From Octopus sinensis (Eukaryota), in the NCBI RefSeq assembly GCF_006345805.1, contig NC_043007.1, positions 15,500,001 to 15,564,000 of the forward strand: a stretch of 64,000 nucleotides of DNA, read 5' to 3'. Within the stretch, counting starts at the first letter, position 1. Each line of letters starts with the position of its first letter. Made by a program: the position numbers and the translations under genes. Below, in pieces: positions 1-13,776 of the stretch. Below the pieces are notes generated by a model. That model ran no database searches. It saw only the letters and a list, made by a program, of their open reading frames with translations, and had not been told where the DNA came from.

Positions 1-102
1 ATAATAATAATGAAATAATAATAATAATATGATAATAATAATACTAATAATAACAATAATAATAATAATAATATAATAATAATAGTAATAATAATAATAA
101 TA

Positions 103-139
<37 letters not shown>

Positions 140-236
140 AAGAAGAAGAAGAAGAAGAAGAAAAAGAAGTAGAAGAAGAAGAAGAAGAAGAAGAAGAAGA
201 AGAAGAAGAAGAAGAAGAAGAAGAAGAAGAAGAAGA
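1..236. repeat. Compound microsatellite (AAT)n then (AAG)n
   Basis: Direct: AAT repeats 1-134, AAG repeats ~137-236. Confidence 0.98.
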
Positions 237-808
237 GCAGCGACAATACCACAAACAACGCCACAAAAAATCGAACAGCAATTGTTATTGTTGTTGTTGT
301 TGTCTTTGTGCTATTGATGTGATTCACTTTGGCTCGTAAAAGGTGAGTTATTTTTGTTATAAATGCCTTGTCTGGTTTGATTTTTCGTACGATTTCTCAA
401 AATGGGCTTTTGCTCTTTTTGTGTGAAGTGGGAGAGAGTAAATGCGGGTCCTAACACACTGCTTTCTTAGAACAAGGTATTCACCATGTTATAAATTGTA
501 ATGTTTTAAAATCCTGGCAACATCAGAGGTCACACAGACTACACTGTACGAGTTGGTGGAATGAAAAAAAAGATTTCTGTGACTACGAATCTGAATAGCT
601 GTGGTTCGTTTTTACCTCACGTCTACATCTTGACTAACACATGTAGCAGTTATGGAAAAGCAGGCGACTGCAGGGAGAGAAATAACGACGACACTAATAA
701 CAACAACAACAACTATAATGAACACAGCAACATCAGCAACAACTGCAACAGCACCAAAACACAAGTATCAATAACAAGAATAGCGACGGATGATACAAGA
801 ACAGCAGT

Positions 809-1000
809 GGAGGCGCAATGGCCCAGTGGTTAGGGTAGTGGACTCGCTGTCATAAGAACGCGGTTTCGATTCCCAGACCGGGCATTCTGAGTGTTTATTG
901 AGCAAAAACATATAAGTTCCACAAGGATCCGGCGGTGTTATGGTGGTGAACCCCACTGTATTCTTTCACCATAATTTTCTCTCACTCTTTCTACCTACTT
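809..1000 (+). mobile_element. tRNA-derived SINE, family B (head plus partial body, diverged)
   Basis: GGAGGCGCAATGGCCCAGTGGTTAGGG A-box and GGTTTCGATTCCC B-box; matches copies at 12509, 24982 and 33302. Confidence 0.85.
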
Positions 1001-1282
1001 CTTTCACAAAGCAGAGGAACCATGGTGTAACCCACTATGGTGTGGTAAACTTTCAGACCCTAGTCTAGATTGCGAATCCTCTGTACCTCAGGATGGTTCA
1101 GCTCTCCACCCGTTAAAAGCCACCGTGTACTGAATGAGGATAACAACGTAGCTTTTGCGCCCGTGCAACCGCCAGTCTATCGTGTGTGGTGGGTGGATCT
1201 TCAAGTTGCCACAAGCATTCTTAGTAGCTTAGAGTATGCTTGAATTAGAGATTATTCTTTGTGGCTAATGGCGTGAGTCCTG

Positions 1283-1324
<42 letters not shown>

Positions 1325-1437
1325 GTCGTCATCATCATCATCATCATCATCATCGTCGTCATCATCATCATCACATCATCATCATCATCAACATCATCAT
1401 CATCATCCTCATCATCAACAACAACAACAACAACAGC

Positions 1438-1469
<32 letters not shown>

Positions 1470-1490
1470 CGACAACAGCATCAGCATCTT
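1283..1490. repeat. Compound microsatellite (CAT)n/(AAC)n
   Basis: Direct. Confidence 0.97.
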
Positions 1491-1824
1491 CATTAGAATC
1501 ATTATGCTAATAACATTATCATAACTATTGATATATATGCATATATAAAGCTACAAGCTGGAATTGATGCTGAAGATGAAACGGAAGAAAAATCCATCGT
1601 CAAGGGCATCGACCCACGAAAGATGCTATCCTCGCATTGGCCTTCTGACACTCAGTCATTTTCAATACCCACATTAAAAGAAAATATTAATTTTTGTTTC
1701 TACTCATACTATTATATATGTAAGCACCACATGAAGTCCTTTTCACTTAATAATGAAAAATGCAATCATAACAAGTTTGCTTTGCCATTACTTTATTCCT
1801 TTCATCTTGTATTTTTATTCAAAG

Positions 1825-2460
1825 TCAATAAGATTGGCGTTCTTCTGGGGATGTGTAGAGAACGTTTCTCCCGTTACAGTTGAAAACAAGACCGTGAATA
1901 AGGAATTTCAAGATCGTCTTCAGTGTATGCACACAAAGCCTCTTAGGAAGGTTTAAAGCGTATCGCAGCGTGTCTACGAAATCGAAAAGATTCCACCCAT
2001 CTATGCTATTGCTGCTCAAAGGAAGATACGCTTTACTATCCATTGCTATTGTGCTGAATAAACTAAGAATAAATGCGCCCTTTCAAAGCCTAGCCAGCCT
2101 CACGGGCCCGGTTTCCCGGTTTCAATGGCGTATGTGTTCCCCAGCTGGACGGGACGCCAGTCCATCGCAGCGTTGCTCATTTTTGCCAGCTGTCTGGACT
2201 GGAGCAACGTGAAATGAAGTGCTTTGCTCAAGAACACAACGCGTCGCCCAGTCCAGGAATCGAAACCACAATCTTACGATCATGATGCTGACACCCTAAC
2301 CGCTAAGCCACTCGTCTCCACATTGTGCTGAATAGCAGAACCATATTAGATGCTGTATTTTGAAAAATTCTGCAGAGTAACGGGGGACGAAAACCACTCA
2401 GCTATATTGATGATATTGGTAGAAACACAAAACGTGAACTCGCGGACAGAGAGTTCGTCC
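1825..2460 (+). mobile_element. Decayed non-LTR retrotransposon (RTE-like) ORF C-terminal fragment, interrupted by a SINE
   Basis: Manual translation FFWGCVENV..KTVNKEFQDRLQCMHTKPLRKV..KIPPIYAIAAQRKIRFTIHC, then after the SINE LDAVF*KILQSNGGRKPLSYIDDIGRNT. Resembles the post-RT region of RTE-type LINEs (W.LTK..LDG.YTRMLR..RRLRFAGHC..GRP..TYID). Contains stops and frameshifts. Confidence 0.7.
2061..2321 (-). mobile_element. tRNA-derived SINE, family C (V-domain-like), full length with 13-bp TSD
   Basis: Minus-strand A/B boxes, body GCGATGGACTGGCGTCCCGTCCAG; TSD ATTGTGCTGAATA at 2048-2060 and 2322-2334. Confidence 0.9.
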
Positions 2461-2829
2461 TGACTTAGTGAAACGCTTTTTGGTTGGGGCGGTTTGAAAG
2501 AAGGTTTCCGTTGTATCATTTTTTGTATATGTATGTCAGAAGAGAAGAGGCGTTTTGCAACCTGCATCTGAGATCGATTATGTTCATATTAAGCTTGAGC
2601 TTCAATATCGAAACAGTTGACTCCTAGAGGGGAAATGAAAACTCAGTGCCGACAGAATTCCAAAGAGTAGATGTTCCGGCTGGAAATATTAATCGTGTAG
2701 TATTTAGTGGAACGCCTGTGACGAGAGACACTATGAGGGCAATACCAGAAAACATGAGTGAGCTGGGTAGGCCGGATTGTTGAGAGAGCACAGACCGTCC
2801 TATAAGCCACGAAGAAACGATATGCGTTC

Positions 2830-3062
2830 GGCGGCGAGCTGGCAGAAACGTTAGCACGCCGGGCGAAATGCGTAGCCGTATTTCGTCTGCCGTTGCGTTC
2901 TGGGTTCAAATTCCGCCGAGGTCGACTTTGCCTTTCATCCTTTCGGGGTCGATAAATTAAGTACCAGTTACGCACTGGGGTCGATGTAATCGACTTAATC
3001 CGTTTGTCTGTCCTTGTTTGTCGCCTCTATATTTAGCCCCTTGTGGGTAGTTAAGAAATAGG
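2830..3062 (+). mobile_element. SINE family A monomer
   Basis: GGCGGCGAGCTGGCAGAAACGTTAGC head, GGTTCAAATTCC B-box, central GAGGTCGACTTTGCCTTTCATCCTTTCGGGGTCGATAAATTAAGTACCAG (resembles the Meta/Sauria-type conserved domain, from memory); many copies in the window. Confidence 0.92.
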
Positions 3063-3180
3063 TATGTGTTTGTGCATTGTAGTGAGCTCGTGTTGTAATT
3101 TTTGATTTGAGTTTCTGCCTAAGTACACAACATCTACACCGCTTTATACTTATTTGAAACTATTATTTATAATGTAGGTT

Positions 3181-3400
3181 GGCGGTGAACTGGCGGAATC
3201 ATTAGCGCGCCGGGCGGAATGTTTAACGGCATTTCGTCCATCTTTACATTCCGAGTTCAAGTTCTACCGTGGTTGACTTTGCCTTTCATCATTTCAGAAT
3301 CGATAAAATAAGTACCAGTTGAAAACGAGGGCCGATTATTTAATTGACTTAGCCCATCCTCCAAACCTGCTTGCATTGTGATAAAATTTGAAACCATTAT
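3181..3400 (+). mobile_element. SINE family A, older diverged copy with alternative tail
   Basis: Similarity to the 2830 copy in head and central domain. Confidence 0.8.
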
Positions 3401-3989
3401 TAATAATGTAAATAATGTTGTTATGTTATCCTGCTATGTGTGTATGTATGTGTGATAATATAATAATATACTTCGGTTATGTACTCCTATGCTGTGCACA
3501 TATGTCTTTCTAGAATACATCTAAAACATATTTATCTCCTGTAAAATATATTTTTGCTTTGTTATTGGATTGTATAACGTGCTTATTTTTTCTGACCGTA
3601 TTATCTACGACTACCATTAGGCAGCTAATATACATTCATAAGAGATTTTATTGTGTATTCATAGAATTTGCTTCTATTGTATTTTTAAAGCACATATTCC
3701 TATTGTGTAGTGAACGACTAAATCAAGAAAAAACTTGCGATAAAGCTAGCAAATGATGACGTATTAATTTCATACTGAAGTTATTTTAATTCAACTAGCT
3801 ATCAATTGCTTTTGATAGAAGCATTAACATTATAATTGCAAGTTATACGCCTTTAAAACACATTCACGTTTTCGCCGAAATTATCCCTAATGTTTAACCC
3901 CTAATCTAAATGTAACCCTGATATTGCAGTATAATTTCTTTGAATAATTGCTATCAGGAGCACATTATATGTTATTATTAGTAGATTCA

Positions 3990-4515
3990 TAAGCTGGCAG
4001 AATCGTTTGCACCCCGGGTATAATAGCTTATCCAGTATTTCGTCTGTCCTCCCGTTCTGAGTTCAAATTCTGCTGAAGTTGATTTTGAATTTCATCCTTT
4101 CGGGGTCGAATACATAAGTCATGTACCTCAACTTACCCTCCTGCAATTGATGGCCTTGTGATAAAACTTGAAGTAATTATTTGTAGTTCCATAAATGCAG
4201 TGAGTTGGCTGCATTTTTACCGCACGGGTAAAATACATAGCGGCATTTCTAACGGCTTTTTACGCTGAATTCAAGTGTCAGAGAGGTCGAGTTGGCCCTT
4301 TATCACTAAAATAAGTAGCAGTTGAGCATTGGGTTAATACAATCATCTTCACTCACCCCTCAAGAAAGTTTTGGCATTGTGCCAAGACTAAGAAAGGGGA
4401 GAAAGTAGTAGATTCATAAGATCAGTGGAACGACATAGCTGTTACAGAGTCGAAAGAATGCCGCATTATTATACCGGCTCTTTGTGTTTTAAGTTAAAAC
4501 TTTAAGTTCAACTTT
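3990..4515 (+). mobile_element. Cluster of 2-3 highly decayed family A SINEs
   Basis: Remnant motifs GAGTTCAAATTC, TTTCATCCTTTCGGGGTCGA, AAATAAGTAGCAGTTGAGCA. Confidence 0.65.
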
Positions 4516-5534
4516 AGCTGTGTGAAGTGGTGCATTATCATCTTGAAAGCTTGCGTTTGCCCCCGGAAACAGTTCCGCAACCATAGGATGAATTTGATCA
4601 GATAAAACGCTTAGTCTTCAATATTAATCCTACCATGAAAGCATACCATTGGGCCGGTGTATTTCCAAGGTAAGGCCCCCAACCGCCAGATCATCACAGA
4701 TCATCATTCATGTTTAACAGTTGGAAGAATGGCAGTCTGGGTCAAATGTTTCTTTTGGCTGTCTCCACACGTATACTAGGTCGGTGGTCGGAAGTAAGGT
4801 AAAGGATGACTCGTCCGAGAAAATAACATTCTTCTACTGATCTGGGGACTAATTCTGTAGGCTTTTACTCCACTCTAAACACTTAGCAATGTTTGTTTTT
4901 GAAAGTAGTGCTTTGTGCAACTCCCGGCGAACAGTTTTTGGGGAAGCTGATTTCTCGACGTGGTAATTTTAGAAGCTGCAGTAAGTTTGAAGGCTGTACG
5001 TTTATGATGCTTTCTAACAATTCCCGTAAGAGTCCGACGGTTCCTATCTGAAAGATTTGGTTTTTGTGGAAACTGGTTTCTCGAGGTGGTAATTTTGGAA
5101 GCTGTACGTTTGTGACCCTTTCTAACATTTCCCGGAAGAGTCCGACGGTTCCTATCTGAAAGATTTGGTTTTCTTCCGGAGTTTTGTTTTGATGAGGAGA
5201 ATTTTCCCTTTTTCTCAAAGGCTGTCATTACTTTCGAGACAGTCCTTCTTCATACACCAAACATTTTGCCTGTTTTCGTTACGCTAGCACCTGCCATACG
5301 CGCTCCAACCGTTTGACATCTGTGAAAGTCCGATAGATATGTCATTTTAATGAATTTTAATAACTTTTTCTCATGATATCTGAAACGAAAGAGCAATTTT
5401 AGCAAAACATATTATGCAACACCAATAAAAAATCAAAAAAACATAAAAATAAACAAGCTTTTGACGGTTTTATAGATATTTCAAAATTATGATGCTATGA
5501 TGCTAGGTGTTTCCAATATCTTGTCCAATCCCTG
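4510..5534 (-). mobile_element. Tc1-family DNA transposon, 5' part (TIR, HTH region and first two catalytic Asp), decayed
   Basis: Terminus TA|CAGGGATTGGACAAGATATTGGAAACACC at 5534; ATG at 5345; translation ..TVSKVMTAFEKKG..SGRKPNLSDRNRRTL..KNVIFSDESSF..PTVKH..SVMIW..QDDNAPLHTAKV; internal ~108-bp tandem duplication. Confidence 0.92.
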
Positions 5535-5564
5535 TATATATTTATATGTATGTATATACCTCTA

Positions 5565-5619
<55 letters not shown>

Positions 5620-5849
5620 ATGTATATGTATATATATATATATGCATATATATATATACATAGGGGTATATACATATGTATATATATAATATATGGATAA
5701 GTCATGCCATCAAAATGCCCTCACACACCCATTACCCATCACTGGGGGTCTTAAGCAAGGATGCTGACACCAACCTGTTTCTCTTTGTACATAGCCACTA
5801 TATTCAACGAAATCCCGCTAGACTCGTTTTACATCAACATGCGATATCG

Positions 5850-6400
5850 CTTGCCTGGCTGACTCTTCAATCTCGCACATATCCGTACAAATACGAGGAC
5901 CTCCGCAATCTCAGTCCGTGAGATGCAGTTGCCACTCCGAGCCGAACCGCAGATGGCCTACAAAGGACGGTCGATCTTTACAACGCAGCTTACAAACACT
6001 TCGGGATGCAGGTAAACACCTTAAAGACCAAGGCACTGACCCAACCTGCACCCGGCCAGAACAGTCCACCCTCAAACATTAGCATCAACTGCTAACCCAT
6101 AGAAGAAGTTGAACAGTTCACATACCTTGGAAGTATCCGAGTTTCGAAGCCACCATTCTTTGCCATCGTCTCCACTGAGTTGGTCACGTCCAGCGTATGG
6201 AGCCCTCTCGTCTCCCAAGGATCATGCTGTACGGAGCACTTGCAATCGGAACAAGACCAAGATAGGGTTCAAAATTCCGTATAAAAACCAGCTCAAATAG
6301 ACCTTGGCTCAAGCTAAAATCCACTCATCCTCATGGGAACAGATTGCCATGGATAGGACAGCCTGGAGGACTACTATCCGCAATGGAGCCAGCAGAAAAG
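5850..6400 (+). mobile_element. Decayed RTE-clade LINE fragment (RT C-terminal part and ORF end, internally deleted)
   Basis: Translation GLQRTVDLYNAAYKHFGMQVNTLKTK..PIEEVEQFTYLGSI and SWEQIAMDRTAWRTTIRNG, typical of RTE/BovB-like ORFs. Confidence 0.85.
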
Positions 6401-6514
6401 ACAACAGAATGAGTGTGTGTATGTAACTATATGTGTGTGTGTGTGTATGTGTATATATATATGTTTGTGTGTATGTGTGTATATGTATGTATATATATAT
6501 ATACACAAACACAC

Positions 6515-6567
<53 letters not shown>

Positions 6568-7148
6568 ATATAATATATATATATATAATATAATATGAAG
6601 AGAGCGCGGAGGTATAAGATGAAAAATTTATTTCACCAATTGACATCCATACAACCATGATCGTTTGTACACTCGTAATAAAATAATCATTACCAAATGG
6701 ACTTACGGGATTTCAACTGCGTCGGACTATACATTACATTCTTTTGTTTTGTTTTGCTTACTATCTGGTTTGTAGTTTGATGCGTTAAATGAGCTTTTTT
6801 TATGAGTACCACCGGATTAGTTAAATCTATATATTGTCCATTAAATGTATGTGTGTATATATATATTTTTAGTAGTTACAGGGCCGCATACTATGTACTG
6901 TTTTAATGAATTCATAGAGAATAAAGAGAATGGATGTCCCTGGAAAGGAGCGGAAGAAAATATCACGGGAAGATTAAATGTTCCAAGGCTGACTTCCTGT
7001 TGGATAAATTAATCCTCATCATTCATTGTACATAACATTGCGAGGCTTTCGAAATCCTATTAAGAAGTTTAGTACCACAACGGATCAATATAATGGTTTT
7101 ATATTTCTCCGCCAATCGGATGTCTATTATATCGTTGCTTCGACTCAC

Positions 7149-7208
7149 CTTTGGGAGGTTTAAGTCGTAGTAGCGAAAAGCTTGCTTTACTGACTTGCAT
7201 TTAAAACA
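7149..7208 (-). other. Candidate internal exon (60 nt, phase 0-0, CFKCKSVKQAFRYYDLNLPK)
   Basis: Strong acceptor TGTGTTTATTTCCAG| and donor AAG|GTGAGT; only one frame is open; no homology recognised. Confidence 0.3.
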
Positions 7209-7669
7209 CTGGAAATAAACACAGGAACGTTGGCTTCCAGCAAGAACATAGAAGCATGCATTCACCTTTCTATACATCAATCTTACTCTAAATTCATAAA
7301 TACATACAAAAGTACATACATTTTCCATACAAGCGTACATGGTTTAATGCATATATAAATAAAACATCCGTACATACACGAATACATACAAAGAAAGCAA
7401 AACAAAAGCCAAACAGCAGAAGGCCTAAGTGGATCCAGCGAGATATTTATCAATCATTCTAATCCTTTTGCAGGCTTTACGATTTGCATACCAACAGAAA
7501 TAGTATGATCTTTCAACCACAACGTCTTTATCTAAAGTCTCTTATTTAATTCTGGAACCTGAATCTAGTGTCGGATCTTAACATGTACGTTTTGGTGCAT
7601 CAGTCGTGCGCGACCAATTTACGTGATTTTTGCCATTGTATTTGCTTAAGTCACTTAACTCAATCGATT

Positions 7670-7684
7670 ATCATCATCGTCATC

Positions 7685-7735
<51 letters not shown>

Positions 7736-7770
7736 GTTGTTGTTGCTGTTGTTGTTGCTGCTGCTGTTGC
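7670..7770. repeat. Compound trinucleotide microsatellite (CAT/TAT/TGT/TGC)
   Basis: Direct. Confidence 0.95.
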
Positions 7771-7954
7771 CTTTGTTATATACTCTTGATAAAAAGCATC
7801 GTTAGAATTTGGTTGCTGTTGCTGAGCAGTGCTTATTAGCTTACTGCTATTTTCTTTCGACTATCTAGTTATCTGTCTTTATTTTAATCTATATAGATAA
7901 TTGTACTTGTGTATTTGTTTAAACACACCACGCGTCACACATATACATGTTTGT

Positions 7955-8477
<523 letters not shown>

Positions 8478-10108
8478 CATATGTATATATGTGTGTATGT
8501 GTGTATATCTATATAAGTTCTTTACGCGCCTATGGTAGAGTATGTGCACAAATGCACATACGAACACACATACATATCTATATATGTATTTTAATCTGCA
8601 CTTGTGTGTAATCAGTCATCGAAATAGGGCAGCTAGAGCGCCAGGGAGCCATAGAGAGATTTAAAATGTTACCACGTCTTGTTGAGCATCGTCAAGTAAA
8701 ACCCACTGAATTACTTTAAATACATAATAATTGGATAGGGAAAATTCAAGCGATCTTGCATGTTGTAAAGGCGGATAGCCTACAGAATTTAGAAGCAACT
8801 GATGTCCTCTGCAGCCATAAAGCAAACTGGATATCACTACTACTATTGTAATGTATGTCGTTGGCATGCATGATTCACTCCGGATTTGCACGATGAAGCA
8901 GAACTGTGATCAAAGGCTTTCCAGACGTTCCTTCTTTTATTTGCAGACATAGTGTATCTAGGGCTACACCATCCACTGTACGCTACCGTTCATTAATGAC
9001 GGCATGGCGCGAATTCAATGCATTAGGCTGCTCATTCGAGCAGATAAAGAAAAACAAATACATGTACGGCATTGTTATTAGAGCAACGTATATTTGAGTT
9101 TGTGTTTTAGGTAATGGGTAGGGATCTCAGTAAAAACTAAGGGTCGTGAAAATCCTAACTGACACGAGTCTTATGTGTATGAAATTCTCTCCCGGGTTAT
9201 GCGTGCGCGGTATAAATAGCACATTACACTATAAGACAAAAAGTAAGAAGGAAATGCAGAATGGAAACCTTGAGGCAGTCTATTTGTCATTTTATCACTC
9301 GTTCAGCAGCGCATCTCGTTAAAGCGCTTCTAAACCATGGCTATGAGTTTAAAACACTCTCTTTTCTTCGATGTGGTTTCATGGTCAGTCTCACTGTGCA
9401 GCACATTGCGGATGTGATTCCTACTATAGCTCCGGGCTAACTAATATCTTCTGAGTGAATTTGTTTGACAGAAACTGTGTCGGTGCTCATACATATATAT
9501 ATATATATATATTATATATACAAATTAATAAATAAAACATATGCATATATACATACATATATGTACGTACCTACATCTACATGTAAATATACATGCATAT
9601 ATGGGTACAGGACACCAAAGAAACGTCGAACACAATGAGAAACGAAAACATAAACACAAAACCAAGGAAGTAGACATTTTCCTTAAGCAACGAAAAAATA
9701 GAGTACAGGACATAGAACACAAGGAAAATTCCCCTTCTTCAGTCGCCTCTGTTTCACCCACTCCGCGTTTCGAAGGTCAAGGTGAGACACGACTTCGGTG
9801 AAACATTCCTTCCCGCAAAAAGCAAATTAAATAAAATTTGAGATTTTTTTGCGGAGGGGTAAAAATGGTAACAAAAACACGACAGTAAAGACAGTAAAAA
9901 ATATAAACAGTAAAAGACAGGACAAGGAGAATAATATAACCGCAGAAAAACATGTTTTCCACCTGGTTAGGAATGGAACAGGCACGTAAAAGTGGCAAGG
10001 AATGTAAAAATACATCACGAAGGATATATCATAAATAGTTCATAATTATTTACGAATATACCAATGGCCAAAAGATGTAATCATAAATTTCATAAACGAA
10101 TTATGTAT

Positions 10109-10191
<83 letters not shown>

Positions 10192-10555
10192 TATATATAA
10201 ACGAGAGATTCTGGTTGTCTATTGGTCCCATAAAGCATAATTGATACACCATCTCATTTATAAGTTTGGGTGTTTTGTCCACTTTCACACTTTAACTAAG
10301 GCGAAGATAACGATGATGATGGCGTGACCAGAGCTAAAGTGCAAAAATTTTCTAAGAATCGACATCTTTCAATCTCTCTTTCTATTTATTTTCCCGTCTT
10401 TCTGTTTGGCCGGAAATTGTCCTGTAGCGAGAATAGTCAGCGTTCAAGACAATGACAACCACCACACCATGTACATCCATTCATTTATTTAATCAAAGAT
10501 GGTCTGCTCTGCACAATTAAACACAGTCAATCTCTCTCTCTCTCTCTTTCTCTCG

Positions 10556-10605
<50 letters not shown>

Positions 10606-10830
10606 AGAACTTCAATAAGTAAAAATAAAATAAAAAACACTCTGGTGTCAGTACGTTCAACTAAAATTTCTTCAATGTGGTGCCCCAGCATGGCCACAAT
10701 CTAATGACTGAAACAAGTCAAAATTGAAAAAAAAAGAAAGAAAAGATAAAAGAAAATTATAAGAGTGGGTGTTGTATCCACTTCCGCCAGCAGAGCGAAA
10801 CTCTAAAAAAATGACGCCGCAATTTTTATC

Positions 10831-10887
<57 letters not shown>

Positions 10888-10916
10888 CGTATATATGTAT
10901 ATTCACTCATGTTTCA

Positions 10917-10954
<38 letters not shown>

Positions 10955-10958
10955 TATA

Positions 10959-11121
10959 TACGACAGGCTTCTTTCAGTTTCCGTCTACCAAATCCACTCA
11001 CAAGGCTTTGGTCGGCCCGAGGCTATAGTAGAAAACACTTGCCCAAGTTGTCACGCAGTGGGACTGAACGCGGAACCATGTGGTTCGTAAGCAAGCTACT
11101 TACCACACAGCTACTCCTACG
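10959..11121 (-). mobile_element. SINE family D, 5' half
   Basis: Reverse complement of GGAGTGGCTGTGTGGTAAG..TTCAGTCCCACTGCGTG..TTGGGCAAGTGT; matches the full copy at 41236. Confidence 0.9.
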
Positions 11122-11483
11122 GTATCTTATAGAACAGTTTTATGAAAGCTTTACTTACCATCAGCAAAAGATATGGGTGTGGGGCGGTTCTGTCATCAAT
11201 ATGAAAATAGATAATGTTTTGGCTTTGGCTGTTCGTATCGTTTAAAATGTGCCAGTTTCCTTCATTATAATCATTAGATACAGAAGTCGATATGAATCTT
11301 CATTAAGCTGTTTTATGTTTTTCTCTTTTTTTTTTTTGTCATGCCAGATTTTGTTCAAATTTTCTTATTTTACTTTTAGTTTTGATTTCCTTAGATTTTA
11401 ATTAACTTCGCTTGAAAACGCTACTCTCGCCTTCTGAATTAAAATAATGGTGTCTTACTTTGATAAGAGGCCAAAAGTTTAGG

Positions 11484-11943
11484 CAGGGATGGGCAACTTT
11501 TCGTCATCTGGGGGCCACATTGTACCATTTCCAAGTGTGGGAGGGCTGCATGATAAAATACATATGCATGAAATATTACTTGCCCACTTTACACGCAAAT
11601 TTTTGCAGTTTTTAAAATTTTATTTGTCTTAATATGAAATGAATAACTTAGAAACACGTCGAGGGCCGCACAACATGTCGAGGGTCACACAACAACATGT
11701 CGAGGGCCACACCACAACATGTTGAGTGTCGCACAACAGCATGTCGCGGGTCGCACAAGATATCGAGGGCCGCGCAACAGCATGTCGAGGGCCGCACAAC
11801 AACATGTCGAGGGCCGCACAACAACATTTCGAGGGCCACACAACAACATGTCGAGGGCCGCACAACAACATGTCGAGGGCCGCACAGCAACATGTCGAGA
11901 GCCGCACAACAACATGTCGATGGCCGCAGGTTGCCCATGCATG
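11484..11943. mobile_element. hAT-like MITE with internal 22-bp tandem array
   Basis: Imperfect TIRs CAGGGATGGGCAAC / GTTGCCCATGCATG, subterminal GGGCCGCA motifs, ~12 copies of GTCGAGGGCCGCACAACAACAT at ~11657-11925; the 8-bp TSD is not well preserved. Confidence 0.75.
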
Positions 11944-12508
11944 GTTTATAGGGAATCCAGTATTTGACCAGTACTTTATTTTATCGATCCTAAGGGTATG
12001 AGAACAAATTTGACCTCAATGCACAAGGAAGTGGAACGAATGCTGCAAAACAGTTCTGCAGCTCTAACGCTTCTGGCAGATCACTTCTCTAATCAAGAGA
12101 CATTCACCAAATATAGAAATAGCTCATTGACTGGTGAAAATTTCTTTGACGAAAATCATATTTAAAGCTATGTAAGTGTCTATGGAAACAGTAGAAGGAA
12201 AATCATATACAGGAAAAACAAAGCATTTTACTCTGCCAGCATTGGCATCTTTACCTTAAAATACTAATTAAGAGACGCTCATAACGAATTTATTAATATT
12301 CACAATATATATTTAAACAAAAACTGAATAAAAAACCCTTTAAAAACATTAAGAATCTTTTAGCTATACATATATTTTTGAATGAGTAAAATAATACTTT
12401 GTGACAACGTCTTAGCCACTGAAGTAGTTTAACGCATTCTATGCAGAGGTAACTCTTTTGTCTCATTCTTTCCATGTACTTTCAGTCTATTAGTTAGCTA
12501 TATGGATT

Positions 12509-12892
12509 GGATGGAAGCAATCCGTCGGTTACGACGACGAGGGTTCCGGTTGATCCGAATCAACGGAACAGCCTGCTCGTGAAATTAACGTGTAAGTGGC
12601 TGAGCACTCCACAGACACGTGTACCCTTAACGTAGTTCTCGGGGATATTCAGCGTGACACAGAGAGTGACAAGGCCGGACCTTTTGAAATACAGGTACAA
12701 CAGAAACCGGAAGAAAGAGTGAGAGAAAGTTGTGGTGAAAGAGTACAGCAGGGGTCACCACCCCCTGCCGGAGCCTCGTGGAGCTTTAGGTGTTTTCGCT
12801 CAATAAACACTCACAACGCCCGGTCTGGGAATCGAAACCGCGATCCTATGACCGCGAGTCCGCTGCTCTAACCACTGGGCCATTGCGCCTCC
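12509..12892 (-). mobile_element. SINE family B, full length with 11-bp TSD
   Basis: A/B boxes at the right end; TSD CTATATGGATT at 12498-12508 and 12893-12903. Confidence 0.93.
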
Positions 12893-12928
12893 CTATATGG
12901 ATTAGGACCACCACCAGCAACAACAGCG

Positions 12929-12977
<49 letters not shown>

Positions 12978-13776
12978 GTAGATCATATGATGTTCTTCAT
13001 CATTCGCGTTACATGAATGCATATTTATCTGCTAGGGAATTATTTGTAATCGATTCCTCCTTTTCACTTGCATTTGAATTTATAAATACATACTTGTATA
13101 TGTAAATCTGTCTGTCGCTTGTGAATATATTTTCTTATGAATATGAAATTAACCCGTGCTTTTAATTATTGTTTGTTATCTGCTTATTTACGTTCATAAC
13201 TTCGCTATTTATTTCGATATTGGCATAAGAACAACCAATAATATATTTCTAATAATTTATATTTGAAAGTTTGTATTATACTTCCATATTTCTATGCTTT
13301 GGAGATAATGCACACATCTATATCACAAGGGAGAAAGCTGCTTATTAATTAGGTATTTAACAGTTACTAAAAGAAAATAATTATTAAAGTCTTGGCCATC
13401 TGGAAATATTTTATAATTTCATGTTCCAAGAAATTTCCTATAATTTTGATTTCTGAAGTTTATTGAATTTTTGAACTCCAATTTTTCACAAATTTAAATA
13501 TTTATTGCATTCTCTACGGAGTACTCAGTTTTCATTTGCAATGTTTTCATTTCAAGTTTTAATTCGCTATTTGCAAAACCCACAGTTTATTCTTTCCACG
13601 AACATTAATCATTGAATTAATTTTTTTTATATACGCTATAAGCTTTAAAATAATAACTACCCGGACAGATTTTGGCTATATTTTTTTTTACTTAAAAACC
13701 ATGGGAAGAGCCTTCATGGTAAAAACAAAACATTGTAGATATTTTCAGAGGAAAAGGTGAACGATATATACATATA

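Noticed and set aside
237-348. Possible plus-strand 5' exon ending at AAG|GTGAGT (342/343)
   Set aside because: Only a donor motif; no supporting ORF or downstream partner.
8947-9110. Plus-strand exon candidate after TTTTATTTGCAG
   Set aside because: All frames stop before the donor; no corroboration.
11629-12001. Cys-rich repetitive ORFs on both strands
   Set aside because: Produced by the 22-bp tandem array inside a MITE.
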